A stretch of 63,997 nt of DNA, the filler included, from Gonapodya sp. JEL0774 (lineage: Eukaryota): assembly GCA_027604505.1 (NCBI GenBank). It is 13 parts of 13 records of this genome, joined end to end, with 100 filler letters (N's around TTAATTAATTAA, not from the genome) between each part and the next. Parts side by side here need not be neighbours in the genome. Positions count along the whole stretch, not along the records: positions 9,958 to 14,829 come from JADIIX010000837.1; positions 14,930 to 19,797 come from JADIIX010000838.1; positions 19,898 to 24,757 come from JADIIX010000839.1; 10 more parts are not named here. One strand, 5' to 3'. The notes beneath the pieces are model-generated. The model saw nothing but the letters and a program-made list of their open reading frames with translations. It searched no databases and had not been told where the DNA came from. Made by a program: the position numbers and the translations under genes. Shown here piece by piece: positions 11,396-23,225 of the stretch (positions are counted from its first letter, which is position 1; the number at the start of each line of letters is the position of its first letter).

Positions 11396-14300
11396 ATGAA
11401 ATCTTCCTTATCGTTTCCGAATTCGTATGTCTTTTTGGTGGATCCTTTGGACCAGGAGGATGTGCGGGAAATTGTGAGCGAGATTGATCTTCATGGATCA
11501 CCCTGGTGGTCTGATTGTTCTCTGAATCTGAATGGACTCTGAACCTGCCATTGGTACAGGAGCTTCTCTCGAATTATGTTCATCTCTTGGAGAAACTGGG
11601 TCTTCCCTCAGAGATAAAGCTCTCGGAATCTCCAGTTGGACATCAGCAAACCGTGCCTGGGGAGAATGTCATGGTTCAAAAGCTTCAAGAGGCAGTAAGT
11701 CAAATTGAAAAGTGAAACCCAGATTGCCATATTGTGATGCGGCAAAACTGTACAGGTGTCTCTTCAGCCTGGCCCTTCTCTCAAGGCTCTGACATACGGC
11801 ATTCTGGTGGATGTCCCAAATGGTGCATTAGTATGTGAAAGATTCAATTTAAAGAGAATGAAAATCAAAGTGCAGAGAAGCTAACAAAGGCTTTTGGTGG
11901 ATGATTACTGAATTCAATCAGCTTCTACGATTGCTTCCTCAAATCCCACTTGGAAGAAACACAGAAGCCATCATTGATCCTATTCTATACTTTCTTCAAC
12001 ATCAGAAGTGGAGAAACATCAGGTGGAGTGTTAAGAAGCAGGTTTGTGCACCAACTTGATGCTTTTTCATGCACATTCAGGCTTAAATGAATCTTGCGTG
12101 TCATATCTCATGCCATTATATATAGCTCTTGCTCCTTTTAGATTTTCTCCCATCATTGCTTCAATTAGCAACTGGAATTGTGGAGCGGCTCCACATTCTT
12201 TCCTTCCAGCAGATTCAAGGTGGAGACACAGATGTCAACTATCCTGCACACCTGAATTTGCACCTAAATACACCAAAACCATACCCTCATCACAAGTCTA
12301 TTGCATATGCCCATCTTTTGTTTGATAAAGTTCTGGTGAAGGCCCAAGATGATCTCTCACGTTATGAGCAGCAAAGCGGTTCTGGTGAAGGAGCTAAAAG
12401 CCTGGAGGATGGAGTGGTAGCGGAAGGTGTTGGGAACCAAAGATTTCTCTGGGTACCAAATGTTAATGTGAGGTGGACAGCAGGACTTATTAGTATGGTG
12501 AATCAATTCAAGTGAGTGTGAGATAATTAATGAGCTTGCATGACTGAGACCACAAACTTATTAGCAACATCACTCCATGTTACTAGAATCTGGAAAAGGG
12601 CTGACTCCACCCCGATGTACACAGCAATGGTCTTCCTCCTGTTATCTCGACTTGTTGCAGAACATCACATTTTCTTATCAGCTCCCAACAAGAACCCAGA
12701 AGCCTTTGTTGAGAATGACATTTTGTACTCTCAAATGAAGGTACAAGCTCAACTGAAAAGAGAGATGAAGGAGTTAATGGAGGTACAGGTTGCAATTTGT
12801 AGTGAGCTTATGGCAGAGCAGGTAAGACTCAATAATGTTGAGCTGTGGACACTAAATTCCTAGTATCCTGTTCATAGGTCTCCAGTATTCTGTATTTAGG
12901 CAGAGACCTGTTGAGGGTGCTCTCAGACCTCTCAACAACACCACCTTTTTCAGAATTTTTATCAAGGCTTATCTGTGATCCCAGCACTATTTCAGTTGCA
13001 AAATCTCCTTTTCAAGAAATACTGTCAGGCAAAGACACTTTTGGGAGGCTTACAGGGAGACTGGTTGATGCCAGTGCTCTTTTGAAGATTCCTTGTCCAT
13101 CAGAGATTCTAGCTGTAAGGTTAACACATGAAATGCGTACAGTCCTTTCATGGGTACTACAAAATGTAAGTAAGCCACATGATGGTCAAGTACTTTGCAC
13201 TGTATTCTTCCCCCTTTTTTGCAGCCCATCTTAGATGACAGTGCTTCAAAGTCATATCTTGCGTGGATCCAAAGCTTACTATGCCCTACTTTGTCATGTG
13301 AAACAATTTTTCTTCCAGATGTTATTCGCTATCTTGTGCGCTGTGTCCATCCCTCAAATGACTATCTGTTGCCAGTGTATCTCCAGCGCTTTGACTTTAT
13401 TGCTCATTGGCTCTTGGGAATTAGATCAGCAGTTGGTGCAGCATCATGTAAAACAGCACTTTTCTGGGACTGGATTGGTTACTCAACTGCAGGTCCTCAC
13501 AGAGTTCTTCTTGACAACATAATGAATGTGGAACCAGGAATCCTTCTCATTGCAAATCTTGCTAACAAGCACCCATTTTTAGCTCTTCAAATGCTTGAAT
13601 TCTTGTGTATGCTCCCTAAAATCTGGTTTACACCCTTTCAGAGCACTATTATGCAAAGTTTACAGCTTGTTATGAAGGAAATTCAAAAGCTTAAGGTTGT
13701 GACCAATCCTGAATCCTTCATAGCTTTGGCAGTGCAGCAAGGAAGCAATGAACTTTATCAGGAGCTTAAAGGTCTTTGGGGAGATCTTTTGGACATTCCT
13801 GCATTGTCTGTTATGCAAGGCTCAAATGGGGAGCAAAAGGAGAATGAGGTGCTGCTTGACTCTGAGCAGGACATTTTTTTTACAAAAGAAAAAGAAAGTC
13901 CATGGTCTGTTGGAGATGATGACATATATGGTGAAATAGGTAATCTTGAGTCAATGGAGGAAGTTGAAAAAATTCGTGATGATGAAATTGAGGGGTTTAC
14001 AGACAGTGACAATGACATGGACATTGAAGAGAATGGTGTGGCTGATATTTATGAGAATGTCACAGAAGGACACCATAGCCTTGAGTCCAATTGGCAGAAT
14101 GCTTTTGCAAAGGGTGACGTGGAAACTTGCAAGCGAGTGTTAACTCAAATTGCTGGTGGAGTGATTATGCAGGTGAGTGTGAGGTTATGAACAACATTTT
14201 AGTTTTAGTTCGCAAACTCACTTGGTTTTAACTATTATTTTCAGACCTTGCCTATCACAACACTAACAACTATTATTTCTGAAGTGCTTCGGACAGAAGA

Positions 14301-14829
14301 ATTGTCGCTCCCACTTTCAGGAGATTCATTGCATGATCCAAATGCACTTCTTCTGTCACCCTGGCTTGATATGACAATTGATGTACTCATCCAACAATTT
14401 GTGGATCCTCAAAATTGGAATAATTTAACACAAACTACTTGGATTAATACTGTCTCCAAACTCAACTTGTCAAGAAGACAAGTATTGTTGGTTGGTTTAA
14501 TTATAGTGTGTGCCAGGTGATTGCGTTGTTTTGTGAGCTTTCCTCTTTATCATTTACTAAGAATACTGGACAAGGCAAACCTTGGAGTTAAACAACAGTA
14601 CTGGGCTTCCATTGTATACCACCTGGCATGAACATAAGAGAAATGCACAGAAGAATATGACAGAGGATTTAAAGGTTTGTTCTAATTGAGACTCTTCTGC
14701 TTGTTGTTCAAAATCCTTTTTTACATGTTAATGAATACCAGTATGTCCAAGCACATAATCCTCATTTATTTTTCAACCTGCTACCATTCTCCCTAAAATT
14801 TCTGCCAAAATTGGGTGTTGGCAATACTG
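11396..14829 (+). CDS. INTS3: Integrator complex subunit 3 / SOSS-A homolog, 3'-partial, multi-exon
   Basis: PDVIRYLVRCVHPSND, AASCKTALFWDW and NIMNVEPGILLI match the INTS3 N-terminal domain (human DLIRYICGVVHPSNE, KLALFYDW, SIMNIEPAILVM). Confidence 0.88.
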
Positions 14830-14929
14830 NNNNNNNNNNNNNNNNNNNNNNNNNNNNNNNNNNNNNNNNNNNNTTAATTAATTAANNNNNNNNNNNNNNN
14901 NNNNNNNNNNNNNNNNNNNNNNNNNNNNN

Positions 14930-16050
14930 CCAGCCATACGCCCTTGGTCGTCTGATCCCCGGCGTATTTGAGCACCAACATCCGTGCGAGGAACATCCCC
15001 GGTGACGGGGGTTCCCGATTTCCATCGCGAGGCGATATCACCTGAACTTCCTCTTGACACAGGCAAGGATCCGTTGGAAGTACCACGTGGGAGTTCAGTG
15101 GGGTGAGCAGGTGGTGTTTCAGATCTACGACGCCCGTTCACGTCACCAGAACCCCCCCGTGAAACAGGTATAGACCCTCCGATGGTACGCGCTTGAGTGG
15201 TTAACGCCGCACTAACGGATGAGGTCGCTGGCCGTGTAAGCTTTGCCTCTACTGCAGTGTGCACAGTGCTCTTCCACGCGCTTGTTGCAAAATACGACGC
15301 ATTGGGAACGGTCGAAGGGGAGGCCGGAGTGGCGAGCCTTGTCATCCAGCCCGGCTCATAGTCCGGGGCAGCTTTTGACAAGGCTTGGGTGACGGAATCG
15401 GATGTATCCGATAGAGGCGACGTAGGAGAGTCCCGGCCGGTAGATGCGAGTGATGAATTAGACTGTATTTTGGATGGTGGGGGAGGCGGAACTGGTGCGG
15501 TGGTTGGGTGGTGAGTCGCAAGACGTGGACTCCTCGAGCGTGGTCGATTATTGGGCATTACAGCAAGAACGTTGACATTTCGAGCGCCTATCGAGATTTT
15601 TCGAGTAGGGGAGGCCTTTGGACTGGGTGAATGACTTGCAGTTCTGGTCGATTTGCGACCTGGAGAACTTCCAGATCGTGAATTCCCCGATCGAGTGAGC
15701 GATGGCTCACCCCACTTGGCTTTCTCAATCGAATCCCAAGTCTCAGGGGCCTGTGCTGAGTTGGGTGTCGAATAATAGCTGTCAACAAGATCATTATAAT
15801 CCCCATCTGCGTCCAGTTCGACCTGCCAACTGTCCCCCGACCCCAGATGTTCATCCTCATCCCGACCGTAATGTATTTTTTTGTGCGGAGGAAGGTGGCT
15901 TGCTGACGTATTCAACACCCTGACACTGTTGGGCCCTTTGGAGTTTGTTGACGTGGGCGCCGCTGTTCCCACCACCATTCCAACACCCGATATTGCTCCA
16001 CGAAGGGGACCGAGAATGTCACTACCGCTTCCACTACGGCGCTTCATATC
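14930..16050 (-). CDS. Hypothetical Ser/Pro/Arg-rich disordered protein, 3'-partial
   Basis: Long open frame (14878..16269 in the track) with low-complexity composition and no recognisable domain. Confidence 0.5.
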
Positions 16051-18805
16051 TATGATTAAGATTGGGATGACAGTGTCATGATTCAGTTGAGACTCTGTGT
16101 CCTTCAGAACTAAGACATGGTTCAACCGCCCTCGCCCTCCTTTCCTGCCAAAGCGCGACAATAGAGTCCACTCCCAACCGCATGCACAGTTGATGTACGA
16201 AAGGTGATCCCAAACGACGTTCACCGTCCCCAAAGCGCTCCTGTCTAATCCGACAAATATGATGTGCAATACTCCTCATATGATTCTGGATGCCGCTACG
16301 GGTCATCGTTCCCAGGGAAACGCTCCACTTCACTGTTCAATGATGATTTCCGTCCCTACGGTCACGCTGCTCGATTTCCCTCGACGTCGTGCTTACCTCT
16401 CAAACTAAAACGGGAGCTCGCTCCTGTTTTCCAAGTCCTTTCCCAGCCCCCCGCTAGATTTCCTCCGTGAGCGTACTTTTAACGTGTTGGCCTACGTTTC
16501 TCAGCGTCCGAATCTTTGTGGGATCGGTTGGTGCAAGTCGGCAATGTAAAATATGTTGCAGCCTGCAACGCGCTCCGAAGTTTTACACCAGGTCTGTCCA
16601 AGTGATTCCCCATTTCACAATGGCATTATACCACAATAACGGACGACCCAATGATAAAAAGAGTCTGCTTAGCATTCAAAGGTAATTCGTCGACCGATAT
16701 GCTTCTTTTCCCTTCCCGCGTTCTACAAGTGGTAAAGACGCGACGACTTTTGAATTTGAACGAATGTTGGATTCACTACTTTCTCGCTAGTCTCCGATTC
16801 ATATCTGGAGCCATAAATTTTGTTGTGTGAAGCAGAATGCATTGCAGTCTGCATCGGGGTTCATATTGCGGTGGTGCTTACCACAAGCCCATGAACATTC
16901 CCTTTGCCCTAGCTACGATGAACCTTCGGGCATGTGAGTCATCCGTTCTTCACATATTCGTAGTTAAAGTTACGTAAAGCAGCCATCACATCCATTGACT
17001 CCATCCGTCCTAAAAGAGCTTTACCCCAATCCAAAAGGTGCAAGCAAAATCGTGATGATTAAGGAAAAAATATGATTCAATAAAATCTGATGTGCACAAT
17101 GGTTGTTTGAAATTCTTGGGAGCCAGCGGCAACCGCCCTGTACTCTGTGTCGCACTCCACTTTTGTGGAGCATCGGACCATTTGCATCTTGGCTGGAGAA
17201 TGAATCAGATGCATAGCTCTATTTTATGAATGCATTTTGGGATTCTTATTTCTGATTATTACTTTGTGTGTGTAGGTGGGAAAAGTTCGGACTCAGCGTG
17301 TTGCTGCGCGCTCAGCACTTTTCGGTGCGCAGCACTTTACTGCGCATTCTAGCCTTCAGATGTATATAAAAGGAACATTTTTCTTAGCTCGAGTAGGATA
17401 GGATATTATCAAAGGTCAAATACATTGAAAGCCGCGACGGCGCTTGAGCATACTTTCATCTCGCCCACGACATTATTAAATCGTCTGGTCCGAGAGATCA
17501 TTGTCTCATTGACTCCGATCAGTTCTTTCATCGAGATCTTCCCTTCCTCCACAACTCCGCGGCGAACAGCAGAGATAACATATAGACAACGACACAGACA
17601 TCAAGCACCGACACTCGCAATCTTCACACGCTCACAAACTCCCAAAGCATTCGGAATACGGCAACATCCAATTTCTTTTACGCCATGCAGGAGAGGTCAC
17701 ATCCTTTCTTGTGCTAGAAACCTTTTGAACCTACGACCAACCTTCTCAACCCACGTCGGTGCACGTGTAAGTCCCAAACTAACTCGATTTACCACAGCAG
17801 CCATCCAGCCTTCTTATTGACTGCTAGTAGTTTGTGATCATCGAATCGAGTATATTTGTGGGAGAGTAACAACGCCGACGACCCGCACAAATTTTAAGTG
17901 CGACACTCTGGCACAAGGTGCTGTCTTCGCACCCTTGGACTGAACTCGATTGATTGAAGCGGTTGCTGCAACGTTGGTGTACCCGCTTCCAGACTTCGCC
18001 TCCTTTGCCCCCTTTACCATGCTTCTGGTCGTCATGTTTGCTGCTGCACCCGGTCGGGGTCCTTGGGAGGCTGGTTGTCGCTTTCGTTTTCGAATCACCT
18101 GTTGAGCTTGGATTATCACACATGCAGGTAATGCCATGGATGACCTAGGGGGTAATTGAATAACTGGAACTGTGCTCGAGATTCCTTCAGAATAAGGACA
18201 TCCATATTACTATGATTACTTGTGAAAGCTAAAACTCGGAGAGCTTACCATTTGGAGCGAAGAAATCTTGAATATCTTGTGGCAGCTCGGCAAACACATA
18301 CAGGGCGGCAGGCTCCGCGGCTTTGTCGCCCGTTTTCTAGTACCAAGGAGAGCAGTCAAGAAAAGTCACGCTTAATGAATTCAAATGCATTTGCGATTGC
18401 GATTCAAAAATAGAGCTCACAGATTATTCCAGCCAAACCGATCAGCCATTGATGCCAAATCCTTGGGAGAAGCCCTCTTCGCAGGTGTATAGTCTAATGC
18501 ACCTCCAACATATCGGACGATTTTTCGCAACTCCTGATACGAGAAGTCCAATGTGCTTGCAGCACATGGGATTGAGGCTGATTTGAGGTCCTGTGGAGTC
18601 GCAAGGCTGCCTGGCTGACCTGGCAGGACAGGTGCGGCTTGACCCATACGGTGCGCAAACGATATGATGAGGGGAACAGTATTCCTTTCGATGAAATCAA
18701 GAGATTTTGCGGCTTCCAAAAGATATGCTGGGGGGTCTATCCTAGTATCCACATTCAGGAAGGACTACAAGGAAGGCGCTGCACAAGCACGAAAAGGTTA
18801 TCCAT

Positions 18806-19739
18806 TCACGAATGATGCGATAGAAATAATTGAAACATGGCGTACTCACAGTTGGGCGAATCCAAGCAACGAAAAATGCCGTAGAGGATATCTGCTCTTG
18901 CCGAATTTCCAAAAGCGTCATGCCATCGTGAAGACAGACACAATACGGCTTTCTCCGCCAGTTCCTGATTCCAGTTACCAGTACAATGGCGATCGAAAGT
19001 GGCACGAATATTGCTATCTTGGGGAAGGTATTGGAGGTATGAATTCATCATTGCTGTCCAGTTGGGCACGCCCTTTGTGGAGGTTCCAAAGATTGGGTAT
19101 CCAGCAACAGCTTCCCCAACAATGGCGCCAAGAGACCATACATCTTCAACATTTTCAAGAAGATATAAAAGGGAGGTAGGTTTCGGGGGTTTTGTCCAAT
19201 TTTTCAAGAACCAACGAAGACATCAACAACACAACTCACCAATCTCTGAGCCATAGATATCACAGCCCTCAATAAGAAGCTCGAGTGACCTGTACCACTC
19301 AGTAACCACCTCACCAGAGTTCAACAGGGACTGCCCTGGTTCTCGGGATCGAAGTTTTGTTGCCATCACGAAATCTCCTATCCTGATGTGCCCACTGCGG
19401 TCCATCAGAATATTCTGAGGCTTAGGGTCCTAAAAATCGATTATAAAAACAAGTACTATGAGTGGTGTCAGTGCAACCGATGTCTGTGGCAACATACTCT
19501 ATGTATTATCCCGTACCATGAAGATTGGCGAGGGCAACTGCAAGCAATGACGCGATGGTTGTGACCAATGAGAACGGCACGTGGAAGTCGTGCTGCCAGA
19601 AGCTCATGAACACAGACTGTTGCAATAGCTGGAACTTATCAATGACCCAACAATGATGTCTGTGTCCATAAGATCTCACCCGTAGGTCCAATTCGTACAT
19701 CAAACCTGGCACCTCGTACCTGTTATCTGTTTTCTGCAA
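18806..19739 (-). pseudogene. Degenerate CMGC/CDK-like kinase (pseudokinase or pseudogene)
   Basis: HR|DPKPQNIL, RIGDFVMA, VVTEWYRSLELL, IYGSEI and DVWSLGAIVGE. Canonical HRDLKP, DFG and APE read HRDPKP, DFV and SLE. Confidence 0.7.
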
Positions 19740-19897
19740 TGACAGCGGTCTGGGCGTAGTCGGGCAGAGGTTCCCCCGTAGCGTAGCACTTATCTTGNNN
19801 NNNNNNNNNNNNNNNNNNNNNNNNNNNNNNNNNNNNNNNNNTTAATTAATTAANNNNNNNNNNNNNNNNNNNNNNNNNNNNNNNNNNNNNNNNNNNN

Positions 19898-20637
19898 GAG
19901 ATGCCAGGATTTATTTGACACAGTTCAAACCTGAAGGTTGCAAATTCACTCACCTTTACTACTCTCTGGTACGTTGTCACAATTGACTCAAGATGCCCAG
20001 GAGCAAGTAAATCCTCATCCCGTACCATAGCAATGAGCTCATACCATTTCTTTGTCTTGAGTACATCAATTTCATCCTAATTGGCTCAATGTTGCGGTGG
20101 AGTGTTCCCAATTTGATGACAAATGTGCAAACATTGCAACATGCCATCACACTAACCTGGCGTTTCAGTTTCACAAGTTGTTTTGAGATCTGCTCAACAA
20201 GATTTGCCGTCACACCAGTGAGACGATGCCGGCCATCAACAGTGCCATATCCTGTTCCACCAGGTTGAGGTGCATCAGGGGCTTTCAACCAAAGTATCCC
20301 TGGAGTAGTGTCTGACCATCCACGAGCTTTAAGTGAATCACTATATAGTAATGTATATGCTCACAAATTAAAAAATTGGTCGCAGTTGGACTAAATGAAA
20401 CACTCACCAGACAGGTTGGAGGGTCTGTTTGCTTTCATCGCACTCTCAGACATCCACATAATCGTCAGGATCAATCAGTTCCAAGCTGATCTTGTGTATT
20501 TTACTGGGGGAGACCTCCCATTTATGGAGCTCATTTGTGAAGTTCCCGCGTGCCTCAATGGCAGCTGGAGATGGGGACTGTGACGTACCTCTTTTTGGTG
20601 GTTCCTGTTTGGCTGCTTTTTTTGCCTTTGGAGGCAT
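19898..20637 (-). pseudogene. Intron-containing ParB/sulfiredoxin N-terminal-domain gene with a nonsense codon, 3'-partial
   Basis: Splicing GTGAGT(20407)..TATAG(20341) gives ISLELIDPDDYVDV*ECDESKQTLQPVCDSLKARGWSDTTPGILW...GYGTVDGRHRLTG, which fits the ParB-N pattern. The TGA at 20446-20448 sits where a conserved Arg (CGA) is expected. Confidence 0.7.
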
Positions 20638-20759
20638 GATGTTTCCAGATTGTGATGGAATGTATTGAATGGATATCTCTGATGGAAACTTGACTTCAGG
20701 GTGTGCTGTGTGTGGCTGATCAACAGCCGTGTTTTTCTGCACTTGACAACTTTTTTGCT

Positions 20760-20862
20760 CTGTCGGGCCAACAGACATTCAAAAATTGCACTTCTGCAGA
20801 TTTGAAAGTCGAAAAGATCGTGAAGTTTAACTGCAATTACCAACGCTCTGTCGGGTCAACAG
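20760..20862. repeat. Two copies of the CTGTC-N5-RACAG palindromic unit upstream of the ParB-like start
   Basis: CTGTCGGGCCAACAG at 20760 and CTGTCGGGTCAACAG at 20848, 88 bp apart. Confidence 0.75.
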
Positions 20863-21899
20863 AAGTGTGAAAACAGCAGCACTTCCAGGAATGAACCAAT
20901 AGACAGGTCCTGCACATTTCAATCTAACAAATTTGATGATGTTCATGTATTTCTGAAATGCTTCCATCATTCTGACTGTGTATATACAATTGCATAACAT
21001 ATTGTATATCCTATCCCACAAAGTTGGGCACAACAGTTTGAACAAGACCAATGTGAACATCTCAATACATGATACATGTGTGTGCTTTGACACTCTTTGC
21101 GCTCCCAGCTGCTCAAAGATTAGTGTTCCGCTCACTTCACTTTCATCCATGACACCATCCTCATGGAAACCACCAACCCCTGAGGTATGGCAGTTGTGAC
21201 TGCTCCTCTCATAGTTGGCAGTGCTTGTGAGTGGGGCAATGGGAGCAGCGCTCCTTTCTGCGTCCACTTTTCCATGCTCATCTACTTGGCACCTGTTTCC
21301 ACTCACCTCGAGCAACTCCTGTTCAATCCACAGTCTCCTTTCGCAACCCCAGAGCACGTTTTCATTGTTTTTGACTTTTAGTGATGATTTCGACAGGAAA
21401 AATGTTGGGAGTGAGAGGAAATTTGCAGACTTCAGGGGAATGTTCTGTGATATAACTGCTTGAGAGACAACAAGTCCCACCTTGAAAACCGTTGTGGTCG
21501 CTTATTTGAGAGCTAAGGAAGCTTGCAAACACCATCTGGGCATGCGAAGAGCAAACCAGAGTCCAATATGTGGGTCGGACATGTCTTTGTGCATCAAACA
21601 CACTCACCTCCACCCTGATGTAATTCGACCAAAAATGAGTCATTCTCCAGTCTATTGTTCCCATATTGAGCTTGCACTGTGTTGGAATGGTCCTGATGGC
21701 AGTCGCTTGCACGTTTCTCCGATCCCAGACTGTGTTGTGTTTTGTTGACCTTTTCACCAACGCCCACGCCCCTGTGTGACCATTCACAAGACCTCTCCCG
21801 GATTCTAAAGATGGGATGGTTGGGGTCTGGGGAAAGTTGTATCTAGGGTTAAGAACAGTGTTCTTTGCCTTCTGTTCCTTCACAAACAAAACAGTGCAC

Positions 21900-23095
21900 A
21901 ATTGAAAGCGCTGTTGGCCCGACAGCAATTCAGAAATTGCACTCGCTCCCATTGTGCCCGTTTGGATTGAAATGTGCAATTTCTGAAGCTTTGTCCGGTT
22001 GACAGCAATTCAGAAATTGCACTCGTGGAATGTTCACTTGCTCCTATTGTGCCTGCTTGGTATGCTATTTTTGAAGGTCTGTCGGATTGACAGAGCTTCA
22101 GAGCTTGCACCGTTCAACTCATTCTCAAAAATTTTGAGAGCATTGAAATGTGTGATTTCTGTTGCTCTGTCAGGCTGACAGAGCACCAGAAATTGCACAC
22201 ATCAACTCTGTCCCCAAGCATATTGAGAGCACCCAAACGTGCTATTTCTGATGGTCTGTAGGGTCGACAGTGCAAAAGAATGCACATGTATAGAACGAAT
22301 GTCATTTCAAATGCTTACAAAAAGAGGGAATGAAAGAAAAAGGATTCCGCCAGTGAACCCATGCCGGTCAAATAGCAGCAAGTGGATAACCCACTGCACT
22401 GCACGTTGTGCCCTCAATTCTGCTCCGAATTTAAGATATATATCTTTGTATGACAAACTCTTTCATCGAAACACGTAAATTCTGAAGGCCTGTCCACCCA
22501 ACAGCGCTTCTGAATTTGCACATATGAAACAAGAAGCAGAGGGCTCTTGATTTTCATAACTTGCAAATTTTGAGGGTCTGCTGACCTGACAGCGCTTTAG
22601 AATTTCCACATATGAAACCAGAAGCAAAGGGCCCTTGACCTTCAAAACTACCTTCATAAATTGCAAATTTTGAAGGTCTGTCAACCCGACAGCGCTTCTG
22701 AACTTGTATTTATGTAACAAGAAGCGAAGGACTTCGGATCTTCGTGACATCCAACTTAGAAAGGCCTGCCCACCCAACAGCACTTCTAAATTTGCATTTA
22801 TGAAATGAGAAGCAAAGGATTATTGACCTTCTTGGCCTGCAAATATGGAAGGTCTGTCGACCCGACAGAGCTTTCAAAATCGCACATGGGAAAAAAGCTG
22901 CAAACTACTTTTGACCTTCGCAACATGCAAATTTGGAAAGCCTGTCTGGTCAACAGTGCTTCTGAATTTGCATATATGAAGTGAGAAGCAAAGGTCTGTC
23001 GAGCCAACAGAGCTTGGAAAGTTGCACGTATCAAAGAAGAGGCAAAGGTCTTTTCACCTTTGCTACAATGCAAATTTGGAAAGTCTGTCAACGCT
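21900..23095. repeat. Degenerate tandem array, ~88-bp period, each unit centred on a CTGTC-N5-GACAG palindrome
   Basis: Cores at 21911, 21991, 22079, 22167, 22256, 22490, 22578, 22678, 22766, 22854, 22942 and 22996, plus a half-site at 23085. Shared flanks are GAAGGT and GCTTCTGAATTTGCA. Confidence 0.9.
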
Positions 23096-23225
23096 TTTCA
23101 AAGAGTTGACATGCAATCAATAGTAAAGACATATTTACTGAACGTGTCACTAACAACCTACGAGCAACTTAGAGACAGTGTAAGGACTTGGTGATGCACC
23201 ACTCCCTCAGAATTCATTCCCAAAT

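Noticed and set aside
17296..17372. Short inverted repeat TGCTGCGC/GCGCAGCA followed by TATATAAA
   Set aside because: Could be a promoter or TE end, but no supported gene or second copy.
20827..21979. Minus-strand ORFs of 205-217 aa between the ParB gene and the array
   Set aside because: No recognisable domain, and they partly run through repeats. They may be decayed coding DNA but cannot be supported.
21900..23095. Repeat array as a CRISPR array
   Set aside because: The units are degenerate, the linkers are homologous to each other rather than unique spacers, no cas genes are present, and the context is eukaryotic.
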